Part shown: positions 18,374 to 28,237 of the stretch, one piece after another
Layout of the letters: each line of letters starts with the position of its first letter
How positions within the stretch are numbered: position 1 is the stretch's first letter
Source of the DNA: an uncultured Bacteroidota bacterium
Lineage (GTDB): Bacteria; Bacteroidota; Bacteroidia; UKL13-3
Direction of reading: 5' to 3'
Assembly (NCBI GenBank): GCA_903907885.1
Contig: CAIVPY010000214.1
Coordinates: 1-44,978, forward strand
Length of the DNA: 44,978 bases
Notes under the pieces: generated by a model
Database searches by the model: none
Seen by the model: only the letters and a program-made list of their open reading frames with translations
Told to the model about the DNA's origin: nothing
Program-made: the position numbers and the translations under genes

Positions 18374-19921
18374 ATGTTAGTTAGAACTTTCGGAAGTGCT
18401 GTTTATGGAGTAAATGCTATCAATGTAACAATAGAAGTGAATGTGGCAGAAGGAAATGGCGTTGGTTATTTTCTTGTGGGATTACCTGATAATGCAGTAA
18501 AAGAAAGTCAGCACCGTATTGAAACGGCTTTAAAAAACAATCATTATCGAATTCCACGACAAAAGATTGTGGTAAACATGGCTCCTGCCGATATTCGCAA
18601 AGAAGGTTCGGCTTATGATTTACCCATTGCCATTGGCTATTTGGCAGCAAGTGGGCAGCTAAATTCAGATGACATCGAAAAGTATATTATCATGGGCGAG
18701 TTGAGTTTAGATGGCTATCTTAAACCCATTAAAGGGGCTTTGCCTATAGCAGTTCAAGCGAGAAAAGAGGGATTCACAGGATTTATTTTGCCAAAAGAAA
18801 ATGCTAGAGAAGCGGCAATCGTAAACAACTTAAATGTTTATGGGGCTTCACATATAAGAGAGGTAATTGAATTTTTTAATGGAGATAAAAGTCACCTTGA
18901 AAAATTTGAAATAGATACCCGAGAAGAGTTTAACAACAATATTCAAAATTTAGATAATGATTTTGCAGATGTAAAAGGTCAAGAAAATATTAAACGCTCT
19001 CTTGAAATAGCTGCTGCTGGTGGGCACAATGCCATTCTAATCGGCCCTCCAGGATCTGGAAAAACCATGTTGGCAAAAAGAATTCCGAGTATTTTGCCAC
19101 CCCTAACACTTCACGAAGCATTAGAAACAACAAAAATTCATTCTGTAGCTGGAAGATTGACTAAAAATTCTTCTTTGGTTTTTAACCGCCCTTTTCGTGC
19201 TCCACATCACACCATTTCTGATATTGCCTTGGTAGGAGGAGGAAACAACCCTCAACCAGGTGAAATATCATTGGCCCACAATGGTGTTTTGTTTTTAGAT
19301 GAATTGCCTGAGTTTAAAAGAACTGTATTAGAAGTGATGCGTCAACCTCTCGAAGAGAGAAGGGTTACTATTTCGAGAGCCAAGTTTTCGATAGAATACC
19401 CTACTAGTTTTATGCTAATTGCTGCCATGAATCCCTGTCCGTGTGGATATTACAATCATCCTGAAAAAGAGTGTGTATGTGCGCCCGGAACGGTTCAAAA
19501 ATATTTAAACAAAGTATCGGGTCCATTACTCGATAGGATTGATATACATGTGGAAGTAACACCTGTAAACTTTGACCAGTTATCCGATACACGTAAGGCC
19601 GAGCCAAGCAGTATCATTCGAGATAGGGTGATTAAAGCTCGGGAAATTCAAAGTAAACGATTTGAAAACAATCCTGAAATATATTGCAATGCCCAAATGA
19701 GCAGTACACAAGTACGGGAAATGTGTCAAATAAATGCTGTTTCACAAAACCTTCTGAAAACGGCAATGAACAAGTTGCAATTATCGGCTAGAGCCTACGA
19801 TAGAATTCTAAAAGTGGCACGCACCATTGCTGATTTGGCAGAGAGTGATGTAATCAAAGTTGAGCATCTAGCAGAAGCCATACAATACAGAAGCTTGGAT
19901 AGGGAGTCGTGGGCTGGATAA
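18374..19921 (+). CDS. comM: YifB/ComM family Mg-chelatase-like AAA+ ATPase
   Basis: Lon-protease-like N-domain, Walker [22 protein letters not shown], the [15 protein letters not shown] zinc-ribbon-like motif, and a C-terminal [16 protein letters not shown]. Confidence 0.95.
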   Translation: MLVRTFGSAVYGVNAINVTIEVNVAEGNGVGYFLVGLPDNAVKESQHRIETALKNNHYRIPRQKIVVNMAPADIRKEGSAYDLPIAIGYLAASGQLNSDDIEKYIIMGELSLDGYLKPIKGALPIAVQARKEGFTGFILPKENAREAAIVNNLNVYGASHIREVIEFFNGDKSHLEKFEIDTREEFNNNIQNLDNDFADVKGQENIKRSLEIAAAGGHNAILIGPPGSGKTMLAKRIPSILPPLTLHEALETTKIHSVAGRLTKNSSLVFNRPFRAPHHTISDIALVGGGNNPQPGEISLAHNGVLFLDELPEFKRTVLEVMRQPLEERRVTISRAKFSIEYPTSFMLIAAMNPCPCGYYNHPEKECVCAPGTVQKYLNKVSGPLLDRIDIHVEVTPVNFDQLSDTRKAEPSSIIRDRVIKAREIQSKRFENNPEIYCNAQMSSTQVREMCQINAVSQNLLKTAMNKLQLSARAYDRILKVARTIADLAESDVIKVEHLAEAIQYRSLDRESWAG

Positions 19922-20020
19922 TATCTCAGACATTATCATTATTTAAGTCTTTCTTTATAGAAAAAAAATAACAATATCAAGTCGTTTTTCTTAATTATTG
20001 ATTTTAGTTTTGCTGCCTAC

Positions 20021-20587
20021 ATGCAAGATATAGAGCCATATTATTTCTGGAGAGATTTTTATAAAAGCGAAGATGATGAGCTTTCTCCTTTTTATAATCG
20101 CGAATACAGTGAGTTTGAATATACGAACAAAGTCTATAACTACTTGCTTCATCCGCAGTGGGACGAGTTTGGTTCAAGCACACTATATATAAAAAATTTA
20201 TTTGTTGATTACACTGAAGGTTTTGCCATTATCGAAATGATTGGCGAGTGGAATGATGCCATTAACAACGACATCATGTTTTTAAAACGAGATGTTGTTG
20301 AGGAGTTTGAAACCAATGGTATTAACAAATTTATTTTGATTGGCGAGAATGTGCTCAATTTTCATGCAAGTGACGATAGCTATTACGAAGATTGGTTTCA
20401 AGATGTAGAAGAAGGATGGATTGTAGCCCTAAATTTTCAAGAACAAGTTTTACAAGAGTTCAAACAAAATAATATTGATTATTACTTGAACTTCGGAGGA
20501 GAATTAGACAACTTTAACTGGCGCAATCTACTGCCTTATCAAGTGTATAGCAATGTACTTAATATAATTTCTAGAAGACTAAATTAA
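20021..20587 (+). CDS. Conserved hypothetical protein (188 aa, acidic, Trp/Tyr/Phe-rich)
   Basis: Clean ORF with no signal peptide and no recognised family. Confidence 0.55.
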   Translation: MQDIEPYYFWRDFYKSEDDELSPFYNREYSEFEYTNKVYNYLLHPQWDEFGSSTLYIKNLFVDYTEGFAIIEMIGEWNDAINNDIMFLKRDVVEEFETNGINKFILIGENVLNFHASDDSYYEDWFQDVEEGWIVALNFQEQVLQEFKQNNIDYYLNFGGELDNFNWRNLLPYQVYSNVLNIISRRLN

Positions 20588-21282
20588 TAAAAGGTCTCCC
20601 CTTTTAAATACTTTGATTTAAATAAAGAGCAAACCTTATATCTTTCGTCCTTTGTATCTTCGTACAAGGCATCAAGGGTTTCATAAACATATTTAATTCC
20701 AATTTTATCTGCCCACTCAAACGGCCCAAAAGGGTAATTGGTTCCTAGTTTCATACTTGTATCAATATCCACCATACTTGCGGTGCCTTCTTGTAAAGTG
20801 TAGCAAGCTTCGTTTATTATCATACATATCACACGAGGAGTTACCATGCCTACACGGTCTTCAACTATTGTATGTTTCCATCCAAGTTTGACCATCCAAG
20901 TTTGTAAAATATCTTTTTCAGATAATTTTAATAATGATACTTCTATTAAACTTCGGTTGATAAAAGTTGGCAGCCCATTCATTCCGAAAAGATGACAGTC
21001 TATTTTATCACCATATTCAAAACAAGCTTTGGCTAATTGTTGTTTAACCGAAGAAACAAAAACTGGTTTTCCTTTCAATCCTGCATAATTTTTGAGTTGA
21101 TGATGAAACTCATCAAAATTAAAATCAAAAATCAAATCAAATTCATTTAAATTAGCTGATGAAAAATTATTATCATCAACCCAAACCAAAGTATAATCAA
21201 GCGATGAGAGCTTTATTTTCAATTCTTCTATTCTTGATTTTGTTCCTCGCGCCAAAATTTTCATATTCGCAACATATTTCAC
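20584..21282 (-). CDS. 3-hydroxyacyl-CoA dehydrogenase family protein with a degenerate N-terminal half
   Basis: The C-terminal 3HCDH_C-like region is present (GMVTPRVICMIINEACYTLQEGTASMVDIDTSMKLGTNYPFGPFEWADKIGIKYV). The N-terminus (MKILARGTKSR...) lacks a GxGxxG dinucleotide motif. The start is either 21282 or 21264. Confidence 0.7.
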   Translation of the reverse strand: MKYVANMKILARGTKSRIEELKIKLSSLDYTLVWVDDNNFSSANLNEFDLIFDFNFDEFHHQLKNYAGLKGKPVFVSSVKQQLAKACFEYGDKIDCHLFGMNGLPTFINRSLIEVSLLKLSEKDILQTWMVKLGWKHTIVEDRVGMVTPRVICMIINEACYTLQEGTASMVDIDTSMKLGTNYPFGPFEWADKIGIKYVYETLDALYEDTKDERYKVCSLFKSKYLKGETFY

Positions 21283-21305
21283 TCAAAACTAAAAACAAAA
21301 TTATA

Positions 21306-21686
21306 ATGGAAAAGAAAATTATTACTAGCACAAACGCACCGGCTCCAATTGGCCCATATAGCCATGCAAATTTAATTGGCAATACGCTATATGTGAGCGG
21401 TCAAGTAGCAAAAGATGCACTAACAGGAGAAATGGTAGTAGGAGAAATAAAAGCTGAAACAAAAAAAGTGATGCAAAATGTTGAAGCCATTTTAAAAGAA
21501 GCAGGAATGGATTTTACCAATGTGGTTAAAACAACGATTTTCTGCATTAATTTAGGTGATTTTGCTTCAATTAATGAGGTGTATGGTAGTTTTTTTACAG
21601 ATAATTTTCCTGCTCGCGAAACTATTCAAGTTTCAAAACTTCCTTTGAATGTAAATGTTGAAATTAGCGTGATAGCGGTTAAATAA
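21306..21686 (+). CDS. ridA: RidA family reactive-intermediate deaminase (YjgF/TdcF/RutC)
   Basis: [33 protein letters not shown]...[24 protein letters not shown]. The track ORF starts at 21159, but its first 49 aa overlap the divergent gene and do not resemble RidA. Confidence 0.9.
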   Translation: MEKKIITSTNAPAPIGPYSHANLIGNTLYVSGQVAKDALTGEMVVGEIKAETKKVMQNVEAILKEAGMDFTNVVKTTIFCINLGDFASINEVYGSFFTDNFPARETIQVSKLPLNVNVEISVIAVK

Positions 21687-21697
21687 TATTCATAAAT

Positions 21698-22912
21698 ATG
21701 AAAACGATAGACAGTATTAATTTTTCGGGCAAACGTGCTTTGGTGCGCGTTGATTTTAATGTACCTTTAGATAAAGCTACGCTAGCTATTACAGATGATG
21801 CTCGTATTAGAGCAACTGTACCAACCATTAAAAAGATATTGGCCGATGGTGGTTCTTGTGTGTTAATGAGTCATTTGGGTCGACCTCTTAAAAAGTTAAA
21901 AGAAGATGGAAGTGTTGACTATGAAAAACATTCATTAAAGCACACCCTTCAAAAAACATCTGAATTATTAGGGGTGCCTGTACAATTTGCATCAGATTGT
22001 ATAGGAACTGAAGCGACTGAAATGGCAGCCAATTTAAAAGCAGGTGAGGTTTTGTTGCTTGAAAACCTTCGCTTTTATAAAGAAGAAGAAAAAGGAGATG
22101 AAGCATTTGCCGAAAAACTATCAAAATATGGAGATGTGTATGTGAATGACGCTTTTGGTACTTGTCATCGTGCACATGCAAGCACCGCAGTTGTTGCTAA
22201 GTTTTTTCCTTCAGCTAAATGTTTTGGATATGTGATGGCAAACGAAATAGCGAATGCAGAAAAAGTTATGAAAAAAGCTGAACAGCCTTTTACTGCCATA
22301 GTAGGTGGTGCAAAGGTTTCAGATAAATTATTGATACTTGAAAACTTATTGAATAGTGTAAACAACTTACTAATTGGTGGCGGAATGGCTTATACATTTT
22401 TGAAAGCCATGGGTCACGAAATTGGTTCTTCATTGTGTGAGGATGACAGATTAGACCTTTGCAAACATTTAATTGACAAAGCCGACTCGAAAGGAGTAAA
22501 TTTATTGCTACCTTTTGACTCAGTGGTAGCAGATAAATTTGACAATGCTGCCAACACCAAAGTGTGTGATAACACCATGATAGAAACAGGTTGGATGGGT
22601 TTGGATATTGGACCAGAAGCAAGCAAAGAATACTGTAAAGTGATACGCGAGTCTAAGACCATTTTATGGAACGGACCCATGGGTGTTTTTGAAATGACAA
22701 GTTTTGAAAACGGAACCAAATCCGTAGCACAAGCAGTGGCAGATGCTACAAGCAAAGGTGCTTTTAGTTTAATAGGTGGTGGCGATAGTGCTGCTGCTGT
22801 AGCCAAATTTGGCTTCGAAGAAAAAGTAAGTTATGTGAGCACTGGTGGTGGTGCACTACTCGAATATTTTGAAGGCAAAACCCTACCAGGTATTGCTGCC
22901 ATTAACGATTAA
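21698..22912 (+). CDS. pgk: Phosphoglycerate kinase
   Basis: [37 protein letters not shown] and STGGGALLE motifs. Confidence 0.97.
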   Translation: MKTIDSINFSGKRALVRVDFNVPLDKATLAITDDARIRATVPTIKKILADGGSCVLMSHLGRPLKKLKEDGSVDYEKHSLKHTLQKTSELLGVPVQFASDCIGTEATEMAANLKAGEVLLLENLRFYKEEEKGDEAFAEKLSKYGDVYVNDAFGTCHRAHASTAVVAKFFPSAKCFGYVMANEIANAEKVMKKAEQPFTAIVGGAKVSDKLLILENLLNSVNNLLIGGGMAYTFLKAMGHEIGSSLCEDDRLDLCKHLIDKADSKGVNLLLPFDSVVADKFDNAANTKVCDNTMIETGWMGLDIGPEASKEYCKVIRESKTILWNGPMGVFEMTSFENGTKSVAQAVADATSKGAFSLIGGGDSAAAVAKFGFEEKVSYVSTGGGALLEYFEGKTLPGIAAIND

Positions 22913-22920
22913 TAATATTG

Positions 22921-22955
22921 ATAGAGACGTTTAATTTAAACGTCTCTATTTTTTT
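22921..22955. terminator. Bidirectional hairpin terminator between the convergent pgk gene and the SnoaL-like gene
   Basis: Perfect 13-bp stem ATAGAGACGTTTA / TAAACGTCTCTAT with a 3-nt loop, followed by TTTTTT on the plus strand. Confidence 0.75.
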
Positions 22956-22968
22956 AACCGCTTTCATA

Positions 22969-23403
22969 TTAACTTGTATGATCTAATACAATTAGCCATT
23001 TTCCATCTATTTTTTTAAACCAAAGGCTAAAATATCCTTCACTGGTTTTGGTAGCTATAACTTTCCATTTTCCAATAACCAAGGCACTTTCTTTGTTTAA
23101 TAATTCGGTTGATAAAATATCAAACACAAGTTGACCCATTTTTTCTTTTGTATCGTAATTTTTTTTGTAGTTGTCCATCACCGATTGCCAACCATAACGC
23201 AATCCGTTTTTACTCAGAAATCTTAATTCAGGGGAGTTCCAATACCCTTCCATAAAACCATCAATATTGCCATTGTTCCAGCTTGCTTGTTGCTTTTTTA
23301 TAACTTGCAATATGGCTGCTTTGTCTGGATTGTGGTGATGTTGTGCGTATGCAAAAGGTGCAAACATCATTAATAATAGGAAGAGACGGAATGTGTTTTT
23401 CAT
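22969..23403 (-). CDS. Secreted SnoaL-like / DUF4440 (NTF2-fold) protein
   Basis: Signal peptide MKNTFRLFLLLMMFAPFAYAQ. The pattern AAILQVIKKQQASWNNGNIDGFMEGYW...GKWLIVLDHTS is typical of NTF2-like DUF4440 proteins. Confidence 0.6.
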   Translation of the reverse strand: MKNTFRLFLLLMMFAPFAYAQHHHNPDKAAILQVIKKQQASWNNGNIDGFMEGYWNSPELRFLSKNGLRYGWQSVMDNYKKNYDTKEKMGQLVFDILSTELLNKESALVIGKWKVIATKTSEGYFSLWFKKIDGKWLIVLDHTS

Positions 23404-23508
23404 AATAGTATTTGAATAAACAATAATAGCTTTTTATTAACGGAAATAAAATGTAGATAAACAATCTTTAGAATGTCTTAAAATTGAAGAAATATTAACT
23501 AAAAAGTC

Positions 23509-23817
23509 ATGATAATATATAATGTTACCATAAATATACAAGACGAAATTGCTACAGACTGGCTAAACTGGATGAAAGAAAAACATATTCCCGAAGTAAT
23601 GAAAACGGGTATGTTTGAGTCGTTTAAAATTTTGAAACTAATTACCAGACAAGATGACGAAATAGGACAAACATTTGCCATTCAATATTTTGCCAAGTCT
23701 TTTGAGAATTATGAAACCTATATAAATGAGTTTGCACCAGCATTAAAGGCTGATTCGTTACACAAATGGGGAGATAAATTTATTGCTTTTCGTACTTTAC
23801 TAGAAGAAATATATTGA
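23509..23817 (+). CDS. DUF4286 family protein
   Basis: MIIYNVTINIQDEIATDWLNWMKEKHIPEVMKTGMF... matches my memory of the DUF4286 N-terminal signature. It is a small cytoplasmic protein. Confidence 0.55.
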   Translation: MIIYNVTINIQDEIATDWLNWMKEKHIPEVMKTGMFESFKILKLITRQDDEIGQTFAIQYFAKSFENYETYINEFAPALKADSLHKWGDKFIAFRTLLEEIY

Positions 23818-23928
23818 GTAGATTATAGGATAACAAGACAGGGTTATTGATAACATTTTTGTTTTGTTTTTACTTGAATTATCAAAATACAAAGTTCTTA
23901 ACCATATTTGCACATATAACATACACTT

Positions 23929-25134
23929 ATGGATTGGTTAATTATATTAAAAATTCTTTTAGGAATCATTGAGTTTCCCTTGGTATATTATCTAATAATA
24001 CCATTTGTATTAGCTGCATCATTGTGGACCATGAAGCACTTTAGAGAAGAAGAGTTTATTACAGGCTTTAGTGGCAAGTTATATGATTTTGCTGTGGTTG
24101 CTACAGCCCACCAACAGGGCTTGTTTATTGAGCCATTGGTAGAGTCGATGAAAAGGCAAACCTATAAAAACTTTATTTTGTATGTGATTGCCGATGATGT
24201 GAAAGAAGATTTTTCACATCTAGAATCTGATTTTGTTAAAATAATATATCCTAATCCGCCTTTACATGCCAAAACCAAATCAATAGGATTGGCAATTGAT
24301 AATTTCATCAGAAAGCATGATAATATCACTGTGCTTGACGCTGATAATTTAATGCACCCAAGGTATTTAGAAGTAATGAATTTTTATTTTAATAAGGGGT
24401 ACAAATGCGTGCAAGGCCGTATTAAGGCGAAAAATCTAAACACATCAGCAGCCAGAATGGATGCTGCCAACGAAATATATTATAGCTTTATTGATAAATA
24501 CAGTAGGGCTAAAGTGGGTCTTTCGTCTGCTATGTGGGGCTTAGGTTTTGCAATTGATTTAGACATTTTTAAACAAATAAATTTCGATCATTATTTTTCT
24601 GGTTTTGATAAAAAACTACAATCAGAAGTCATCCTATTGGTTGATAAAGTAGCGTATGCAAACTCTGCTATTATTTATGACGAAAAAACTTCTGACAAAG
24701 CAGATTTAGTTACTCAAAGAGCCAAGTGGTTATTTGGTTATTTTAAATATTGTAAGTTGGGTATGAAAGCCTTTAAACGTGGTATATTCAACCTTGATTT
24801 CGATAGATTTAACTATGGGTTAAACCACATGCGACCACCTTTAGTACTTATTTTTCCAGCCTGCTTATTGTTTTTGTTAATCAACTTTTTTGTATCGCCA
24901 GTATTATTCTGGGTTTTGCTTTCATCCATGATTATATTTTTAATAGCATTCTTTATGATACAAGTGAGATATGGTTACGATGATAGTGTATGGAAAACCT
25001 TACCTCAACTTCCAGTATTTATGTTATTGCAATTATTTGCTTTGTTTCGTACCAAAAAAGCGAAGCGTCATACTCATACAAAACACACTCAAGCTGTTAA
25101 TTTGGATGATGTAATTACAATGTACAACAAATAG
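23929..25134 (+). CDS. Integral-membrane family 2 glycosyltransferase, processive synthase type
   Basis: N-terminal TM helices, VIADDVKED, a DxD motif at VLDADN (24337..24345), a Q(R/Q)xRW-like QRAKW (24715..24729), and several C-terminal TM helices. This is the NodC/PgaC/chitin- or cellulose-synthase-like layout. Confidence 0.8.
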   Translation: MDWLIILKILLGIIEFPLVYYLIIPFVLAASLWTMKHFREEEFITGFSGKLYDFAVVATAHQQGLFIEPLVESMKRQTYKNFILYVIADDVKEDFSHLESDFVKIIYPNPPLHAKTKSIGLAIDNFIRKHDNITVLDADNLMHPRYLEVMNFYFNKGYKCVQGRIKAKNLNTSAARMDAANEIYYSFIDKYSRAKVGLSSAMWGLGFAIDLDIFKQINFDHYFSGFDKKLQSEVILLVDKVAYANSAIIYDEKTSDKADLVTQRAKWLFGYFKYCKLGMKAFKRGIFNLDFDRFNYGLNHMRPPLVLIFPACLLFLLINFFVSPVLFWVLLSSMIIFLIAFFMIQVRYGYDDSVWKTLPQLPVFMLLQLFALFRTKKAKRHTHTKHTQAVNLDDVITMYNK

Positions 25135-25135
25135 A

Positions 25136-26173
25136 ATGGCACACCTCAAGAAAAAAATACTTCTTAATGCTTGTTCTATTTTCCCTACTCAAATATTGTT
25201 AAATCTTAATAAGGGAAACACATTTTTTGCACCTATTTATCACGCTATAACCAATCAAAAGTTGCTGCACATTGAGCAACTGATGCCTTATGGCTCCAAG
25301 ACTCCAAAGCAATTTGAAAACGACTTAGATTATCTGTTTAAACATTTAAAACCTATAGGTCTAGATACCTTACACGATTGCATAAAAAATAATAAACCTA
25401 TTCCCGAAAAATCTTTTCTTGTTACTTTTGATGATGGTTTAAGACAGGTTTATGAAAATGCAGTTCCAATACTTTTAAGAAAAGGCATACCAGCAGTTTT
25501 CTTTATTAATACTTCAGTTATTGATAACAAAAACTTACTTTTTAGGTACAAATCAAGTTTAATTATTGAAGAAATATTAACCCTTAAAAAGGGTGATGGC
25601 AAGATTGATAAAGTTAACAAAACACTAAAAGAAGTTACCCAAGAATATGATGGTAATTTTGTTTCAGCAATAAAAAAAATTAGCTACAAACAAAGTTCCA
25701 TATTAAACACTTTAGGAGCTACTTTAGGTCTTTCGTGGAGCAATTATCTTGATGTTGAAAAGCCTTATATGACAAGCATGCAATTGCACGACTTGAAATC
25801 AAAAGGATTTTGGCTTGGTGGACATACAGTTCATCACCCAGAGTTGTGGATGCTAAGTGTTGATGAAGCTGTTGAGGAAACGTATGAATCCGCTAGATTT
25901 ATTAAAGATAATTTTAATTATCCTTTCAGCAATTTTGCTTTTCCGTTTACTGATGTACAAATTACAAACAATTTCTTTGAGGGTATTAGAAATTCAGGCG
26001 GAATAGATATTATGTTCGGCTCACAAAAGTTGAAAAGAGATGAACAAAACAATGTACTTCAAAGATTTGATGGCGATAATAGTTTAATTGAAATGGATGT
26101 TTATATAAAAGCTTTGCTCACTTTTCAATTAATAAATAAATTAAGGGGAAAAACAATTTTTCAAAGGGTATAA
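25136..26173 (+). CDS. Polysaccharide deacetylase (NodB homology / CE4) family protein
   Basis: Motif 1 TFDDG (25424..25438) and an H-x-x-x-H-type motif GGHTVHHPE. The ATG lies 1 nt after the GT2 stop. Confidence 0.8.
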   Translation: MAHLKKKILLNACSIFPTQILLNLNKGNTFFAPIYHAITNQKLLHIEQLMPYGSKTPKQFENDLDYLFKHLKPIGLDTLHDCIKNNKPIPEKSFLVTFDDGLRQVYENAVPILLRKGIPAVFFINTSVIDNKNLLFRYKSSLIIEEILTLKKGDGKIDKVNKTLKEVTQEYDGNFVSAIKKISYKQSSILNTLGATLGLSWSNYLDVEKPYMTSMQLHDLKSKGFWLGGHTVHHPELWMLSVDEAVEETYESARFIKDNFNYPFSNFAFPFTDVQITNNFFEGIRNSGGIDIMFGSQKLKRDEQNNVLQRFDGDNSLIEMDVYIKALLTFQLINKLRGKTIFQRV

Positions 26174-26371
26174 CCTTTGTGCAAATTACCAAGACTTAGC
26201 TAACTTTGTCCTAAAACGAAAACTTATTGATTAGCAAGTAAATATTAAAAATAACAACCTTTAGACGATTTTAATATAATGTGAATAAAATCAGATAATG
26301 AATGAAACATTATTTACCCTACAGTACTAGTTTTGTTGATTATCTTATAATTTCATTTTAAATACTTATCC

Positions 26372-27145
26372 ATGAAAAAAAGCTTACTAATACTTTACCT
26401 TTTTTTAATTCTTGGGTTTTCAAACTTTGCCCAAACCACCGCTACCGACTTCAATGTAAATGATTGTAGTGGTGTCTCAAAACATTTATTTACCGAACTA
26501 GATGCAGGAAAAATAATCGTGCTTGCCATGGTTAATCCTTGTGCATCGTGTGTAAACCCAGCCAAAAACGCATTAAGTGTAGTTAAATCTTATGCCACTT
26601 CAAACCCTGGTAAAGTTGTGTATTACCTTGTTGATGATTATGGAAATACTACTTGCTCACAATTATTAAGTTGGGGAACATCTTATGGAATTACTGGCGT
26701 GGTTACCATTTCAGATGCGTTGGTAAATCAAGGTCAATATGGGGGAGCCGCTATGCCAAAAATTGTAGTAGTTGGTGGAACTAACCACACTGTTTATTTT
26801 AAACAAGACAATGCACTAAACACAACTAGTTTAACCAATGCCATTAACCAAGCAATAACCGCAAGTGGAAATGATGAGCTTGGTGCGGATTTTCAATTGT
26901 CATTATATCCAAACCCTAGTACCGACAAAATTTTTGTTTCTTATTTTCTTAAACACAATACCGACCTGAGTTTTGAAATTTATAATATGTTAGGCTCTAA
27001 AGTAAAAACAATGCTTCAAGACAATTTCGTGTCTGGCAAACATGAGTCAGTATTTGATTTAGTAGGACTTAGCAATGGTATTTATTTTCTTAAAATCAAT
27101 TCAGGTACAAACTCGCAAAACATACGATTTACTATTTCAAAATAA
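26372..27145 (+). CDS. T9SS-secreted thioredoxin-fold protein (CxxC) with a type A sorting domain
   Basis: Signal peptide, IIVLAMVNPCASC (C57/C60), a cis-Pro-like AAMPKIVVVGG, and the C-terminal Por-secretion tail LSLYPNPSTDKIFVSY...GIYFLKINSGTNSQNIRFTISK. Confidence 0.8.
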   Translation: MKKSLLILYLFLILGFSNFAQTTATDFNVNDCSGVSKHLFTELDAGKIIVLAMVNPCASCVNPAKNALSVVKSYATSNPGKVVYYLVDDYGNTTCSQLLSWGTSYGITGVVTISDALVNQGQYGGAAMPKIVVVGGTNHTVYFKQDNALNTTSLTNAINQAITASGNDELGADFQLSLYPNPSTDKIFVSYFLKHNTDLSFEIYNMLGSKVKTMLQDNFVSGKHESVFDLVGLSNGIYFLKINSGTNSQNIRFTISK

Positions 27146-27160
27146 TTTCTCAGATATTTT

Positions 27161-28189
27161 ATGAAACGTATTGTAATCATATTAATGTTGTTTAATATAA
27201 CATCAATTAATGGATATTCGCAAGGTTGTTGTTCTGGTGGAAGCGGAAGCCCAATGGTGGGTGGTGTTTCGATGGGTGTTTTGCAACAAGGTCAATTTGA
27301 TTTTGGTGAAAGTTTTCAGTATTTCAGTTCTGATAAATTTTATGCTGGTAGCTTAGACTCCTCGTCTGCCCTTGTTAAAGATATTAAAACCTCGTACTTA
27401 TATTCACGATTAGGTTATGGTATTACATCAAAACTCACTTTATATCTAGAAGCAGGATATTTTTTTCATAAAACCGAAACAGGTTTTGATACTGATAGAC
27501 CTGATTATATAAAGAAATCTTCAGGGTTGTCTGATATCATCATTTTTCCAAGATACAATGTGTATGATATAACTAATAGCAAAGCTCATACAGAATTAAC
27601 ACTAGGTTTAGGCTTAAAAATACCGATAGGAAACTACCACGATTCTACAACTGTTTATATTGACCCTACAAATGGTCAAAATTCTAAAACTGTTTCACCA
27701 CCTACTGTTCAAACGACTACAGGCTCAAACGATTTTATTTTTTATGGCTTTGCTTTGCGCGAATTCAAGAAAATAAAGTTAAAGGTTTTTGCAAATGTTA
27801 CCTACATAAACAAAGGGTACAATAGCATGGGTGAAAAGTTTGGCGACTATGCCAGTATTGGCTTGTTTGCGGGTAAAACATACTTTAAAAAATTGGGTGT
27901 TACCTGCCAATTAAAATATGAGTGGGTTGACAAAATGCAATTAAACCCAAACATTGACCTTAACGCACTTAAAATATCTATAGACCCTAATTCGAGTGGC
28001 AGTAAAAAACTATCCTTTGTGCCACAATTAAGTTATAGCTATAAATCAATTACACTATTCGGGTTATACGACATGCCTGTATATCAATATTTGAATGGTG
28101 TGCAAATAGGCTCAAAATACTTAGTAACTGTTGGGTTTACATATCGTTTTAAACCCACCAAGTTTTTGTGGAAAGTAAAAGAAAATTAA
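27161..28189 (+). CDS. Outer-membrane beta-barrel protein with an N-terminal Cys-Cys/Gly-Ser motif
   Basis: Signal peptide ending ...INGYSQ, then GCCSGGSGSPMVGG. The rest shows alternating beta-strand patterns (LTLYLEAGYFF, ELTLGLGLKIP, LKVFANVTYI, YLVTVGFTYRF). It starts 15 nt after the T9SS gene. Confidence 0.6.
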   Translation: MKRIVIILMLFNITSINGYSQGCCSGGSGSPMVGGVSMGVLQQGQFDFGESFQYFSSDKFYAGSLDSSSALVKDIKTSYLYSRLGYGITSKLTLYLEAGYFFHKTETGFDTDRPDYIKKSSGLSDIIIFPRYNVYDITNSKAHTELTLGLGLKIPIGNYHDSTTVYIDPTNGQNSKTVSPPTVQTTTGSNDFIFYGFALREFKKIKLKVFANVTYINKGYNSMGEKFGDYASIGLFAGKTYFKKLGVTCQLKYEWVDKMQLNPNIDLNALKISIDPNSSGSKKLSFVPQLSYSYKSITLFGLYDMPVYQYLNGVQIGSKYLVTVGFTYRFKPTKFLWKVKEN

Positions 28190-28237
28190 AACTCCTTTAT
28201 AGTTGTTATATATCTCTCTATACCTTGTATCAGGTTT

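Noticed and set aside
21159-21305. 49-aa N-terminal extension of the RidA ORF that looks like a signal peptide or TM segment
   Set aside because: It overlaps the divergent HBD-like gene. RidA proteins are ~125-aa cytoplasmic proteins that begin close to the ...APAPIGPYS motif. The internal ATG at 21306 fits.
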